DNA of 64,000 bases. Origin: the human T2T-CHM13v2.0 reference genome, Homo sapiens. Every line of letters starts with the position of its first letter. The stretch's first letter is position 1. The notes beneath the pieces were generated by a model. That model was given only the letters and a program-made list of their open reading frames with translations, searched no databases and was not told the DNA's origin. Position numbers and translations under genes: made by a program. Below are positions 19,950-38,990 of the stretch, piece by piece. Location: the NCBI RefSeq assembly GCF_009914755.1, contig NC_060943.1; one strand, given 5' to 3'.

Positions 19950-20560
19950 CCTGCCGTGCAGGACCCAAAGGAAGGGCGCCCCAGTTCAGCCTCTGTAGAT
20001 CTGGGAAAGGGCCGGGCCACAGGTCGGGACCAATCCAGAAGCAGCACCCAGACCGGTTTACCCGGTTCCAGGACCTTGGGCGAAGTCCACCCGCCCGAGG
20101 GCAGGGACGACGCAGGCCACGCCGCGGCCCAGTTGCTAGCCAGGCAGGGTGGGGATTTGATCTTGCCAAGGAAATGTGAGCGGGAGGCCGAGCGTTGGAG
20201 GTGGGTAAGTCGTCACTATGCAGGGCGGAGCCATCCTGTGTCTATCACGCCCAAGGGCGGTGCATGCAAATTGACTCCCGCATTTGGCTTTTCCCCGGGC
20301 TCCGTCTCCGCGCGCTGCAACCCGCGACTTCCAAGAACTCCCCGCGTAGTCAGCTGCCCGGGCCACGCCCCCTTTCCGGACCCGCCCTGCCCGCCCCAGG
20401 GAGGCGGGGGCGGAGCTTGCGGCCCAGCGGGAAGGCGGAGGCGGGGGTCGCGCCCAGGTCCCGGGGGCGTCAGAGGCAATGGGAAGTCGTGGCTTCTGCA
20501 CCGCCCTTGGGGGTTCGGCTCCCAATCAGGGAAAAAGGGCCGAGAGAATGAAAGAGTAAT
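19950..20560. promoter_or_regulatory. Orphan CpG island about 8 kb downstream of IER2
   Basis: Dense CpG, several GC boxes, CCAAT (~20030, ~20522), octamer ATGCAAAT 20264-20271, GAS TTCCAAGAA 20329-20337. No credible ORF. Confidence 0.7.
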
Positions 20561-20619
20561 GAGACTTGCGAGTTTGAGGCTCACACTACTCTCTTTGGGT
20601 TGGGGGTTGCTGAAGCCTC

Positions 20620-20880
20620 CACGTGTATTCAGGGAGCCCCGAACCTCACACCTCTGTCCAGGGGAGCTCAGAACCCGCCGTGTTCTGGAAAGCCTACACC
20701 TTCCCCGGTTTTTTAGTGTCTAGGGGAGCCCACAACCCTCACAGCCGTGTCTAGTAGCGCTCAGATCCACACACCTGTGTTTGGGGGAGCCCAGATCTTC
20801 TCTACCTGTGTCCAGATGAGTTCAGAGCCCCGACGTTTGTCCAGGAAAGCCCACCTCTGTCCAGAAGCGCTCTGACCAGG
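20620..20880. repeat. Degenerate ~30-bp minisatellite (about 9 units)
   Basis: Recurrent unit resembling gggagcYcagaWcccYcacacctgtgtccag. Confidence 0.7.
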
Positions 20881-21989
20881 ACCTTTCCTGTTTCCTGAGG
20901 CTCAGCCTAGGGGGTCATCCCACCCACGTCTGTGTTAAGGGGAGCTTGTGTCTCCCCAAACATGTCCAAGTGAGCTGAGCTCAGGAGCTGAGGCCTCCCC
21001 ATATCGTGCTCCCCGCCTGGCCCTTTGGTGAATCCCTTTCTCAGAAGAAACCCTCAGGGGCCCTAGCCCTGCTGCCCTTCCCTGCACTGTCTTCGAGCCT
21101 CCTGGCCCAATTGGCCCCTCCCCCAGTACACTGTTGAGTCTTAGTTAAGACATAATCCCAGCATTCACTGTCCCCCATCCCCCAGCTCTCCCGCACCTCG
21201 GCGGCTGGCCGGGCCCCCGGGAGTGCCGTCATCCCAGCCGGCTGGCCACCCGACTGGCACCAATTAATTTCCTCCTCGGCCTGTCCACCCAGGGCCTCGG
21301 CCTGTCTGGTTGCCAGCTGCTCACCCTCAGCCAGCCCGCCCCCTCGGGCTCCCAGGGAATTGCCAACAGTTCTCCTCCTTCCTGCAACCCCCCCACCCCC
21401 AATCCAGGCCACCCCACCCAGCACAGTTAATCAGAAAAAGCTGACAGTTAGGACCTGGAGGAGTGATCTGAAATCAGATGGAGGAGGGGTGGGATGTTAA
21501 ACTTTCGGACCCAGGGATGCTTGGGGTGGAGCGGGGGCATGGCTGGAGGGAGGCAGAGGATCCAGTTTTACTTAACCCCAAATCAAAGGCTTGTAGCTTC
21601 CAGATGGGGACTGCAGGGAGGGCTGACCCCCTCCCGCATACACCAGGCGGGCAAGGTGGAGCGCCCCTCCTCGGAAATTGCCCCCCGCCCAAGATGCGTC
21701 AGTGACAGCTGTGCCTCCTCAGCCCGCACCCAGCCGGTTTCCTTTTCCTGTGCACACTCTCCCGATGGGCTGGCCTTCAGCCTGGAGAGACTCCACGGCC
21801 CCTTGGAAGAGGCTCCCCAGAGGGTCTTCCTGGACGAGGGGGAGGGGACAGGCTGAAGAACAATGGGGCTTCTGTGGCTGCAGGACGCCAGGCACTTCCT
21901 GTTAACCCTTTCCTCGGGGTGCAGCTGCAGGGAGCACCTCCCAGGTCCCGCCTTGTGGGAAGGGGCAGAGGCAGCCTGAGGGGAAATCT

Positions 21990-22533
21990 TGTTGCGGGAA
22001 TTAACTGTTGTGTTAATTGAGGCTTTTGTGAGTGTACTTAGGAGGGGTGAGGTGAATCACACCTTTTCTCACTTGATGGAGTTACAGGGCTTTCTCCTCT
22101 ATTGCTGAGGGCTGTGCAGTCAGGGACGGGGCAGGGCTAGCCTGGGAGAAGCCTGTGCACTGAGCTCAGAGACGTTCAAGGCTTTTCCCCAGATAGGTTA
22201 CACCAGGATCTCCAGGGCATGGACAGGGATGGGGTCGGGGAACCCAGGCATCCTAGGTGAATCCAAGGAACAGCCATGTCTGCAAACCACTGTTCTAGCT
22301 GCCTTGCTGGGCTTACCTAGGGGCCACGATCCCTGAGTCAGTTCCCTTGGCAGCCTGGGTCTCAGTTTCCCTTGGCTTGTAGAAGTTCTTTCAGGGGCCT
22401 ACCAAGAGGACACGGCAGTCTAGGAGCTCCCTAAGGGGCAGGAGTGGGCTGGGAGCCTTGGAAACGGTTTGTTTCTCCTGGGAGCCCTGAGAAGTCATGT
22501 TGGGGGAATTAACTGCTGTGTTAATTGAGGCTT
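21990..22533. repeat. Pair of 36-bp direct repeats, each with an internal inverted repeat (21990-22025; 22498-22533)
   Basis: tgttg[c/g]gggAATTAACtg[t/c]tgtGTTAATTgaggctt, 34/36 identical. Confidence 0.9.
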
Positions 22534-25135
22534 CAAGCCAAGTCCCCTCTGTTTACACAGAGAGTCTGAGAAATGCCCTCGGAAGATTCCGAGAGCCTCC
22601 AAAGGCCCCAGAGACTTTGCTTCTGCCCTGGAGGCTTCTGGTTTTTTACGGGTAAGATAACCTCTCCCATAGTCAAGAGAGAGACTTACTGATGCTTATG
22701 GCAGCCCCAGGCCCTGAAGGTATGCTGTACTTGGTCACTTCCATGCATTTGTTTAATCCTCACCACAAGCCTGGGTCAGGATAAAAAGTAGGCACTTCAC
22801 TCTTTTTTTTTTTAGGGGTCTTGCTATGTTGCCCAGGATGGTCTTTAACTCCTGGGCTCAAGTGATCCTCCTGCCTTCGGCCTTCCAAAGTGCTGAGGTT
22901 ACAGGAATGAGCCACCGTGCCCAGCCCAGCCCTAAAGTAGGCCTTTTTTTCCCCCCGCGACGGAGTTTCACTCTTGTTGCCCAGGCTGGAGTGCAATGGC
23001 ACGGTCTCAGCTCACCGCAACCTCCGTCTCTGGGTTCAAGTGATTCTCTTGCCTCAGCCTCCTGAGCAGCTGGGATTACAGGCATGGGCACCATGCCCGG
23101 CTAATTTTATATTTTTAGTAGAGAGGTGGGGTTTCGCCATGTGGGTCTCGAACTCCCAACCTCAGGTGATCCGCCCGCCTTGGCCTCCCAAAGTTCTGGG
23201 ATTACAGGTGTGAGCCACCGCGCTCGGCCTTTTTTTTTTTTTTCCTTCTGAAGTGGAGTCTTGTTCTGTTGCCCAGGCTGGAGTGCAGTGACGCGATATC
23301 AGCTCATTGAACCCTCTGCCTCCCAGGTTCAAGCAATTCTCCTGCCTCAGCTTCCCAAGTAGATGGGATTACAGGCATGCACCGCCACGCCCAGCTAATT
23401 TTTGTATTTTTAGCAGAGATGGGGATTCACCATGTTGGCCAGGCTGGTCTTGGAACTCCTGACCTCAGGTGATCTGCCTGCCTCAGCCTCCCAAAGTGCT
23501 GAGATTACAGGTGTGAGCCACTGTGCCCCACCAGGTAGGCACTTTCATTAGCCCCATTTTACAGATGAGGGAACTGAGGGGAACTGAGGCACAGAGTGGT
23601 TAAACAAAGTGTCCAGGGTTACCCTGTCCAGTAAAGCAAAGCCCATTGACATTCTTCCTCTCCTGGATTTTTTTTTTTTTTTGAGATGGAGTCTTGCTCT
23701 GTCGCCCAGGTGGGAGTGCAATGGCCCAATCTTGGCTCACTGAAAGCTCTGCCTCCCAGGTTCAAGCAATTCTCCTGCCTCAGCTTCCTGAGTAGCTGGG
23801 ATTACAGGCGTGCACCACCGTGCCCAGCTAATTTTTGTATTTTTTTTTTTTTTAAGTAGAGACGGGGTTTCACCATGTTGGTCAGGCTGGTCTCGAACTC
23901 CTGACCTCGTGATCTGCCCGCCTCGGCCTCCCAAAGTGCTGGGATTACAGGTGTGAGCCACCACGCCCGGCCGGATTTTTCTTCTTTTCTTTTCTTTTCG
24001 GTGGGGAGGAGGAGAGTGTGAGGACCTTTGTCCTGGTTGGTGAACTTTTGCTTAAACCCAGCTTCTATCTCTGGTTCTCAGATAAGGAACCAGCTCCTTC
24101 TGGGAGCTGAGAGCCGCACCCCAGGTCTCCTTGCCACTCCTGGGCTACCTGTTTTCTCTTTCCTCATATCCAGGGCTGATCACTCACCAGGTTCCCTCTT
24201 AGAATCATTTGCCACTTCACTTCATTTTCCTCTCTTCTCCCCTTTCTGCAGGATGAACACTTCCCCAGGGGTCAATCTGTGCACGCTCAGTCCAGGGGCT
24301 GGGTAAAGACAAAGTTTTTTGTTTGCTGTTGTTCACTTGTTTATTTAAATTTATTTATTTTGAGATGGAGTCTCGTTCTGTCACCCAGGCTGGAGTGCAA
24401 GGCGCGATCTCGGCTCACTGCAACCTCCGCCTCCCGGGTTCAAGCAATTCTCTGCCTCAGCCTCCTGAGGAGCTGGGATTACAGGTGTGCACCACCATGC
24501 CCGGCTAATTTTTGTATTTTTAGTAGAGATGTGGTTTCACCATCTTGGCCAGGCTGATCTTGAACTTCTGACTTCGTGATCCACCTGTCTCAGCCTCCCA
24601 AAGTGCTGGGATTACAGGCGTGAGCCACTGCGCCCCACCCTCACTTGTTTATTTACTTGTTTTGTAAACATTATTTACTGAGCATGATCAAACTGCTAGA
24701 CTGGAGAGGCTGCTGCAATCTCCTCCCTCTGCCCCCGCCATTTCCTGGTACCCATCCTTGCTGGTGGTGTCTGCAATCAGCGGGGCCCTGGCTGAGTTCA
24801 CGGGAAAGGAAATGGCTCATTGCTTCAGCCTTTAGACCGGGGGGCAGGGAGGGCCTGTCGGGAGGCCGCCTAGTCAGGGGCGTGTCAGAGGCCAGAGGGG
24901 CCGGGGCCCAGCAGCTGGGGCTTGGTAAGCTCTGGAGCCTGGGCTCCAGGCCAGCTCGCTGCCAACCTCCACCTGAGACCACCCCACCCCCAACCCCCTT
25001 CCTTCTCTCCCCTGCTGCCGAGGCGCGCCCTTCCGGAGTGAAACTTTGGTTTCTCACGACCCGGAAGGCTTGAAGCAAACCTGCAATTACTCACTGCCTG
25101 GTCTGTGCGGGCTGCAGCTCTCAGACTCAGGATGA

Positions 25136-25609
<474 letters not shown>

Positions 25610-25968
25610 TAGTAGAGACAGGGTTTCACCATGGGTTTCAGAGGGTGCAGTGGCTCACGCCTGTAATCTCAACACTTTGGGAGGTCGAGGCAGGTGGATC
25701 ACTTGAGGTCAGGAGTTCGAGACCAGCCTGGACAACATGGTGAAACCCTGACTCTACTAGAAATACAAAAATTAGCTGGTGGTGGTGGCATGCACCTGTA
25801 GCCCCAGCTACTCAGGAGGCTGACTCAGGATAATCAGGAACCCGGGAGGAGGAGGTTTCATTGCTCCAGACTTTGAGACTCCATCTGAAAAAAAAAAAAA
25901 AATTAAGCCAGGCAAAGTGGCTGATGCCTGTAATTCCAAAGCTTTGAGTGGCTGAGGTGGGATGATCA

Positions 25969-26199
<231 letters not shown>

Positions 26200-26251
26200 T
26201 TATTTTTGCATATGTATGGCGTACATAAGAACATTTGTTACATGTCTATAA

Positions 26252-26913
<662 letters not shown>

Positions 26914-27975
26914 TAATTTTTTTTGCAGATATGGGGTCTTGCTATGTTGCTGAGGCTGGTCTCCAATTCCTGATTTCAAGTGAGCCTCCTGCCTCTGCCT
27001 CCCAAAGTACTGTGATGAGCTACTACGCCTGGTCATTGTCCCTCTTTCTCATGACTCTCTGGACATCCCTGGGGTGGAGGGTGGGGCAGGCACACACATC
27101 CCTCAACTTCCCAGTGGTTCCACGATGACTAAGCCAGCCCTGTCCCTGAGGCTGGGAGTCTGGAGCTAGGATCCACCCCCATGGCCTCATATCCCAACCT
27201 TGAGCCTGGGTTTCTGGTCAGACTGGACGGGCTAGCTCGGTCTCCTTAACTCTCAGAGTTGCCTTGTCCAGGCCCAGCGGGTCCCACACAGCCAGGCACA
27301 CCCCACCCCACAGGGCTCCTGGGAAATTCTCTGCCCCACCCTCAGGCTGCCTCAGACAGACTGAGGTTACCTGTGATTGTCCCAGATAACCCGAGTGAGC
27401 CCATCCTCTGCTCTGGGTGGCTCCCTCCCTGGCAGCTGACCTGTAAATTTTGAAAAGATGGGGACAATGCTCAGCTAGGAGGGATGCTCCTGCTGTCTTC
27501 CCTGCTGGCCTGGCCACTCCCCAGACTGGACAGGTCCCTTGGCAGCTCTTCCCAGCAACCCAGGCAGCCCCAAGCCCCCTCTTGCTTGGTGTTCCAGGCC
27601 AGTGAGAATCTCACTTCTTCTCCAAAACTTTGTCTTCCAACTCCTGTTTTGTTGTGTTTTGTTTTTTTATTGAAACAGGGTCTCATTCTGTTACCCAGGC
27701 TGGAGCTCATGGCATGATCATAGCTCACTGCAGCCTCAAACTCCTAGGCTCAAGCAATTCTTCCCACCTCACCCTCCTGAGTAGCAGGGACTACAGATGT
27801 GGGCCACCATGGTCAGCTAATTTAAAAAGTTTTTTTCTTAGGCCAGGCATGGTGGCTCACGCCTGTAATCCCAGCACTTTGGGAGGCCGAGGCAGGTGGA
27901 TAACAAGGTCAGGAGTTCGAGACCAGCCTGGCCAACCTGGTGAAACCCCTGTCTCTACTAAAAATACAAAAATTA

Positions 27976-28565
<590 letters not shown>

Positions 28566-28668
28566 GCGCAGCCTTGCCGCCTGCTTCACCTGTTCTACCT
28601 GTCCATACTCATACCAACCTGCAAAGTAACTTAGACCGTGTGTTTTCTTTTTCTTTTTTTTTTTCTGA

Positions 28669-28880
<212 letters not shown>

Positions 28881-28936
28881 TGACCTCAGGTGATCCACCC
28901 GTCTCGGCCTCCCAAAGTGCTGGATTACAGGTGTGA

Positions 28937-29392
<456 letters not shown>

Positions 29393-30063
29393 TAGCATGG
29401 CCCATTGCACCGTCCCTCTACCTGGAGTGAGGGGTGCCAGCCTCCCATTTCCTGGTGGGTGGGCTTGCTGGATGGCAGCCTGAGGTGGGTGGAGTCAGGC
29501 TGCCTTGTTCTATTTCCTGGTTCCCAGGGTTGGGTGGTGGCAATGGTGGCCCCGGAGCCAGAGGGCTTGGGGTACCCTGATCCTGCCTCCGGATTTACTG
29601 GGTGGGTGCTAGGGTGTGTGCTCCAAGACCGATGGCCCCTGTGGGCGTGGAGGAGAAACCAGAGACTCAAGCAGATCTCCCTGCCTGCCTTCTGCCCTCA
29701 TGTCCCACTTCACCTTGGCTCTAGGCCAGGGGCTGCCAGAATGGTGACTCAGAGCGACTGAGAAGAGGAGAGAAACAGAATGGAGGTCCTTATCATCCTC
29801 CAATCTCCGCCATCCCAGCATCCCCATAAAGGTCAGGACCCTTGAGGCCACATGTCAAGACCATCCACACTGCCCTCTCCTGCTTCCTCCTCCTCTACCC
29901 GCCCTCTTTCAGTGGGATTTTTTTTTCCGGGTACCACGCTAGGGCAGGAAGGCAGAAGTGAGCATGGGGCGTGGAACGTCTCTGAGGTTGGAATATATTT
30001 AGGCCAGGAGAAGAGTGTGTGTGTGGTGCTGGCCAGGCCCTGGCGCCGGCTCGGCGGGCTTGA

Positions 30064-30399
<336 letters not shown>

Positions 30400-30779
30400 T
30401 AGGTGTGAGCCACCGTGCCTGGCCACCTTCTCCCTTTTAAAGACAGCCTGTCAGCTTTGGGGAGGAGGAGTGGGAATCACTAGGCCCCCACCAAGGCTGA
30501 GGCAGGCCCTGTGTGGGCCAGATACATTTAGCATCTTCAAAACAAACCAGCAAGACTAACATCAGGATCACTTACAGCTGTAAACACAAGGCCCAGAGAG
30601 GTTAAGTGGCTTTCCCAAGGCTGTTCAGGAAAGAGGTGATGATGGAAGGGTTCTCTTGCTGGCCCGGCTGGCTGCCACCATTCATGCACGCAGTGTTCAT
30701 TCATGCAACACCTTTGTGGGTACAGCCTAGCCTGTGCCAGCCCCCAACAACGTGCGGGAGAACAAGAAGCCAACTGGAC

Positions 30780-31070
30780 CCAGGTCGGCAAACCGCAGCC
30801 CATAGGTGGCATTCGTCTGTTGTCTCTGCACGGCCCTTGGGCTAAGAATGGTTTTTACATTTTTAAGTGGTTGAAAACAAAAGAATAAGAGTATTCCATG
30901 ATACATAACAATTATATGAAATTGCAATTCCAGCCTTCATGAATTCAGGGTACACAGGTTACACCCATTTGAGTCCACATTGTCTGTGGTTGCCTTTTCG
31001 TGACTGTGGCAGAGTGGAGCTGTTTTGACAGAGACCCTGCAAAGCTAAACAACTTTCCTATTTGTCCCCT
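30780..31070. mobile_element. MER58B-like hAT-Charlie relic
   Basis: ggtcggcaaac...gctaagaatggtttttacatttttaagtggttg...ttatatgaaatt pattern. Confidence 0.7.
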
Positions 31071-31314
31071 CCTCCCCTGTCCCCCTCACACTTTTTTTTG
31101 ACAGAGTTTTGCTCTTGTTGCCCAGGCCGGAGTGCAACAGCGCAATCTTGGGTCACTGCAACCTCCACCTCGTTGGTTCAAGCGATTCTCCTGCCTCAGC
31201 CTCCTGAGTAGCTGAGATTACAGGCGCCTGCAACTATGCCCGGCTAATTTTTATATTTTAAGTAGAGACAGGATTTCACCATGTTGGCCAGGCTGGACCG
31301 GAACTCTGACCTGA

Positions 31315-31614
<300 letters not shown>

Positions 31615-31768
31615 TAGTAGAGACGAGGTTTCGCCATGTTGGTCAGGCTGGTCTGGAACTCCTGACCTCAAGTGATCAGCCCGTTTTGGCTTCCCAAAGT
31701 GCTGGAATTACAGGCCAGAGCCACCACGCCTGGCCATGCCCGGCTAATTTTTTTGTTTGTTTGTTTGA

Positions 31769-31930
<162 letters not shown>

Positions 31931-32088
31931 TAGTAGAGACGGGGGTTCACTATATTGGCCAGGCTGGTCGGCAACTCCTGACCACAGGTGATCCACCCGC
32001 CTCAGCCTCCCAAAGTGCTGGGATTACAGGCGTGAGCCACCTTGCCCAGCCGGAGCATGTGTTTTCTTTCCTTTTTTTTTTTTTTTAA

Positions 32089-32292
<204 letters not shown>

Positions 32293-32381
32293 TAGTCTTG
32301 AACTCCTGAACTCAGGCAATCCTCCCGCCTCAGCCTCCCAAAGTGCTAGGATTACAGGTGTGAGCCATCACGCCTGGCATA

Positions 32382-32382
32382 A

Positions 32383-32430
<48 letters not shown>
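32382..32430. repeat. (AAT)n microsatellite
   Basis: About 15 AAT units. Confidence 0.95.
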
Positions 32431-32431
<1 letters not shown>

Positions 32432-32527
32432 TTGGCTGGGCTTGATGGCTCATTCCTGTAATCCCAGCACTTTGGGAGGTTGAGGCAGGCGGATCATGAG
32501 GTCAGGAGTTTGAGACCAGCCTGGCTA

Positions 32528-33027
<500 letters not shown>

Positions 33028-33569
33028 TTATTATTTTTTTTTCTTTTTGAGACAGAGTCTCGCTCTGTCGCCCAGGCTGGAGGGCAGTGGCACAATCTCA
33101 GCTCAGTGCAAGCTCCGCCTCCCAGGTTCACACCATTCTCCTGCCTCAGCCTCCTGAGTAGCTGGGACTACAGGCGCCCGCCACCACGCCTAGCTAATTT
33201 TTTTGTATTTTTGGTACAGACAGGGTTTCACCGTGTTAGCCAGAATGGTCTCAATCTCTTTTCACCTTGTGATCCGTCCGCCTTGGCCTCCCAAACTGCT
33301 GAGATTACAGGCATGAGCCACCATGCCCAGCCTTAATTTTTAAAGATAGGGGTCTCACTATGTTGCCCGTTTATCTGAGCTCAAGCGGTCCTCCAGTGTT
33401 AGCCTCCCAAGTAGCTGGACTCAGGTTTTTATTTTAACAATGTAAGACTATATTATCCTTATAAGAATACTTTAAAAAAAATGGATAATCCTCCCAGACT
33501 CCCTGATATGGGAGTTGAAGGGGCAGATGTGGGGCGGAGGGAGAGGGGAGCTGGTGTTGGAACCAGGCT

Positions 33570-33882
33570 GGTTTGCTAAATCCAGCCTGCCACCTGTTTC
33601 TGCACAGCCTGCGAGTTAAGAATGGCTTTTTCATTTTTAAATGGTTGGGAAAAAAGAATCAAAAGGGAAATTTCACGACATGGGGAAAAGTATATGCAAT
33701 TCAAATTTTAGTGTCCATAAATAAAGTTTTATTGGCATGGAGCCGGGCTCATTCATTTACCCTGTATCCGTGGCTGCTTTTACGCTTCACCGCAGAATTG
33801 AGTCATTCAACAGACTGTCTGGCCCTCGAAGCTGAAAATATTTACTGTCTGGCCCATTGGAGAAGAAGCTTGTAGACCCCTC
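33570..33882. mobile_element. MER58B-like hAT-Charlie relic (second copy; contains AP-1 TGAGTCA 33799-33805)
   Basis: taagaatggctttttcatttttaaatggttg...ataaagttttattgg...aaaatatttactgtctggccc...gacccct. Confidence 0.75.
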
Positions 33883-34213
33883 TTCTAAGGGGCCTGAGAC
33901 CCTCACTTCAATCTGTCCCTGATTCAGGCCGTCCCAGGATCATTTCTTCATTGGCATGGAAAAGACGTTGGTGTGATTTGGAGGCAGGAGGACTCGCTGA
34001 GGACTGATCCTTAACACTGGATGCCCCCTGGGGAGGAGGGGCATTGGGGTCTTCAAGGTGAAGCAGGATTGAGGACTGAGGTGGGCAGGCTGGCTATGGG
34101 CACGGCAGGAGCAAAGGCCAGGAGGCCAGACCTGTGCCTCAACTCAAGCTGCCCCGCTCAGTTCGAGTCCAACTTCGGCAACATAGCAAAACCCCGCCTG
34201 TACAAAAAAATTA

Positions 34214-35352
<1,139 letters not shown>

Positions 35353-35626
35353 TCAAAAAAGAAAAAAGAGAGAGAAAGAAAGAAAAAAAATAAGCAAGCA
35401 AGCTCCCCCCCATCCCATCTCCTAGTGGATGGGACAGATCTATTCCATGGGTCACCTCCCCCTAACCGGTCCCCCAGGCCCATCTGCTGTCTCTGCATTT
35501 CTCTGCTCCTGTCCACCATCACTGTTTGCACCAGGCTCCATCTCTTTCATTGTCTTGGGTCTGGAGATGTACCCTGAGCTCCCTTAGTTGGTCCCCCACC
35601 TCTCTTATCTCCTTTTCTCAGCATGA

Positions 35627-35821
<195 letters not shown>

Positions 35822-35982
35822 TAATTTTTGTAGTTTTAGTAGAGACAAGGTTTCGCTATATTGGCCAGGCTGGTCTCGAACTCCTGACCTTGTGATCCGC
35901 CCACTTTGGCCTCCCAAAGTGCTGGGATTTCAGGGGTGAGCCACCGTGCCTGGCCTTTTTTTTTTTTTTTTTTTTTTTTTGA

Positions 35983-36260
<278 letters not shown>

Positions 36261-36289
36261 TAAAAAAAACCTTTTTTCCTCATTCCATG

Positions 36290-36578
36290 CTTCATTTCAA
36301 AATTAACCATTTTAAAGAGAACATTTCGGTGACATTTCGAACATCCACATTGTTGTGCAGCCGTCGCCACCATCCATCTCCAGAACGCTTTCATCTTGGA
36401 AAACTGAAACACTGTCCTCATTAAATACTCACTCCCCATTCCCCCTCCCAGCAGCCCCTGGCACCCACCCATCTACTTTCTGTCTCTGTGGATTTGACTA
36501 TTCTGAACATTTCATATCAATGGAATAATCTACTGTGTGGCCTTTTGTGTCTGGCTTCTTTCACTCAGCATGATTTTT
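36290..36578 (-). mobile_element. Old L1 (L1MB-like) 3' end fragment; related pieces at about 37560-37670 and 44665-44780
   Basis: ctactttctgtctctgtggatttgactattctg...tgtctggcttctttcactcagcat signature. Confidence 0.75.
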
Positions 36579-36596
36579 AAAAATTTTTATTTTTAG

Positions 36597-36791
<195 letters not shown>

Positions 36792-37675
36792 TAATCCCAG
36801 CACTTTGGGAGGCCGAGGTGGGCGGATCACGAGGTCAGGATATCGAGACCATGCTGGCTAACACGGTGAAACCCCGTCTCTACTAAAAATACAAAAAAAT
36901 TAGCCAGGCGTGGTGGCGGGCACCTGTAGTCCCAGCTACTTGGGAGGCTGAGCCAGGAAAATGGCATGAACCGGGAGGCAGAGCTTGCAGTGAGCCGAGA
37001 TTGTGCCACTGCACTCCAGCCTGGGCAACAGAGCAAGACTGTGTCTCAAAAAAAACCACAGGGTCTTGCTTTGTTGCCCAGGCTGGTGTTGAACTGGCTT
37101 CAAGCCATGCTCCTACCTGGACTTCTCAAAGTGCTGGGATTACAGGCATGAGCCACTGCGCCCAGCCTGCCATCATGGGTTTTTTTTGTTGTTGTTTTTT
37201 TTGGTGGGGGGGTGGGTGGTGGTTAATGCATGTTGCAGCATGGATCAGTGCTTTATTATTATTATTATATATTTTTATGAGACAGAGTTTTGCTCTATTT
37301 CCCAGGCTGGAGTGCAGTGATGCTATCTCAGCTCACTGCAACCTCTGCCTCCCGGGTTCAAGCGATGTTTGAGCCTCAGCCTCCCGAGTAGCTGGGTGTG
37401 GAGGCACCTATCACCATGCCTGGCTAATTTTTGTATTTTTAGTAGAGATGGGGTTTCCCCATGTTGGCCAGGCTGGTCTCGAACTCCCGACCTCAGGTGA
37501 TCTACCCGCCTCGGCATCCGAAAGTGCTGGGATTACAGGCGTGAGCCACCTTGCCTGGCCCAGAATACTTTCATCATCCCAAACTGAAACTCAACCTCTG
37601 TTAAACATCAAATCAATATTCTCTGCACACCCCCAGCCCCTTCTACTGTTCTACTTCCTGTCTCTAAGCCAGTGA

Positions 37676-37912
<237 letters not shown>

Positions 37913-38959
37913 TGATCTGCCCGCCTCGGCCTCCCAAAGTGCTGGGATTACAGATGTGAGCCACCACGCCTGGCCTCTTTTTGGTTTGTTGATGTAGGCT
38001 GGGCTGATTGATCCTCCCCCATCTGATGGTGAGCCCTTGAGGGCTGGAACAGGATCCTTCTTCCTCAGCACTGTGCACTCCCAGCTCCCAGGCCTGTGCT
38101 TGATCCTCAGCTGATGCTCAAAATACAGTTGAAGGAACGGCAGAAAATTCCAAATGGGTGGGCAAAGGATGCAGTCCGCTGCTGGGGAGGATAGATGGGC
38201 TGAGGCAGGAGATGAATGCCTCGTGGCTCTGGGTGGGTGTAGGGAGCTCTTGGGCTGCAGGTGGGGTTGGGTGCATGAGCCGAGATCTCAGGGGGCTGGC
38301 TGAGTAGGGGCTGCAGACACTGAGAGAGAAGAAGAAGGGTCTTTGGAGGCAGAGAAGTGGGCACAGAGAGATGGGCTCCCCAGGCAGAAGTGTAGCCATG
38401 TGGCCAGGAGAAGGTGGGACGGAGGGACGGGAGGTGTGGAGGCTCCATGGTCACATTCTTGGCCGTCCTGCATGTGCGTTCAAAGCCTGGGAAGGGCCCG
38501 GTGCGGTGGCTCATGCCTGTAATCCCAGCACTTTCAGAGGCCGAGGCGGGCAGATCACCTGAGGTCAGGGGTTCAAGACAAGCCTGGCCAACACGGTGAA
38601 ACCCTGTATCTACTAAAAGTACAAAAATTAGCTGGGCGTGGTGGCAGGTGCCTGTAATCCCAGCTACTCAGGAGGCTGAGGCAGGAGAATCGCTTGAACC
38701 CAGAAGGCGGAGGTTGCAGTGAGCTGAGATGGCACCACTGTCTGTCTGGGAGACAGAACGAGACTTAAAAAATAATAATAATAAAAATAAAAAGTAACAA
38801 AGCCTGGGAAGGCCTGGGGAAGGGGGCTCTCAATCCCAGCACTTTGGGAGGCCAAGGCAGGAGGGTCGCTTGATCCCAGGAGGTCAAGGCTGCAGCTGCA
38901 GTGAGCTATGATCGTGCCACTGCTTTCCAGCCTGGGTGACAGAGCAAGACCCTGTCTGC

Positions 38960-38990
<31 letters not shown>

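Noticed and set aside
19956-20723. 255-aa ORF over the orphan CpG island
   Set aside because: Non-ATG start, GC-driven composition, no family resemblance.
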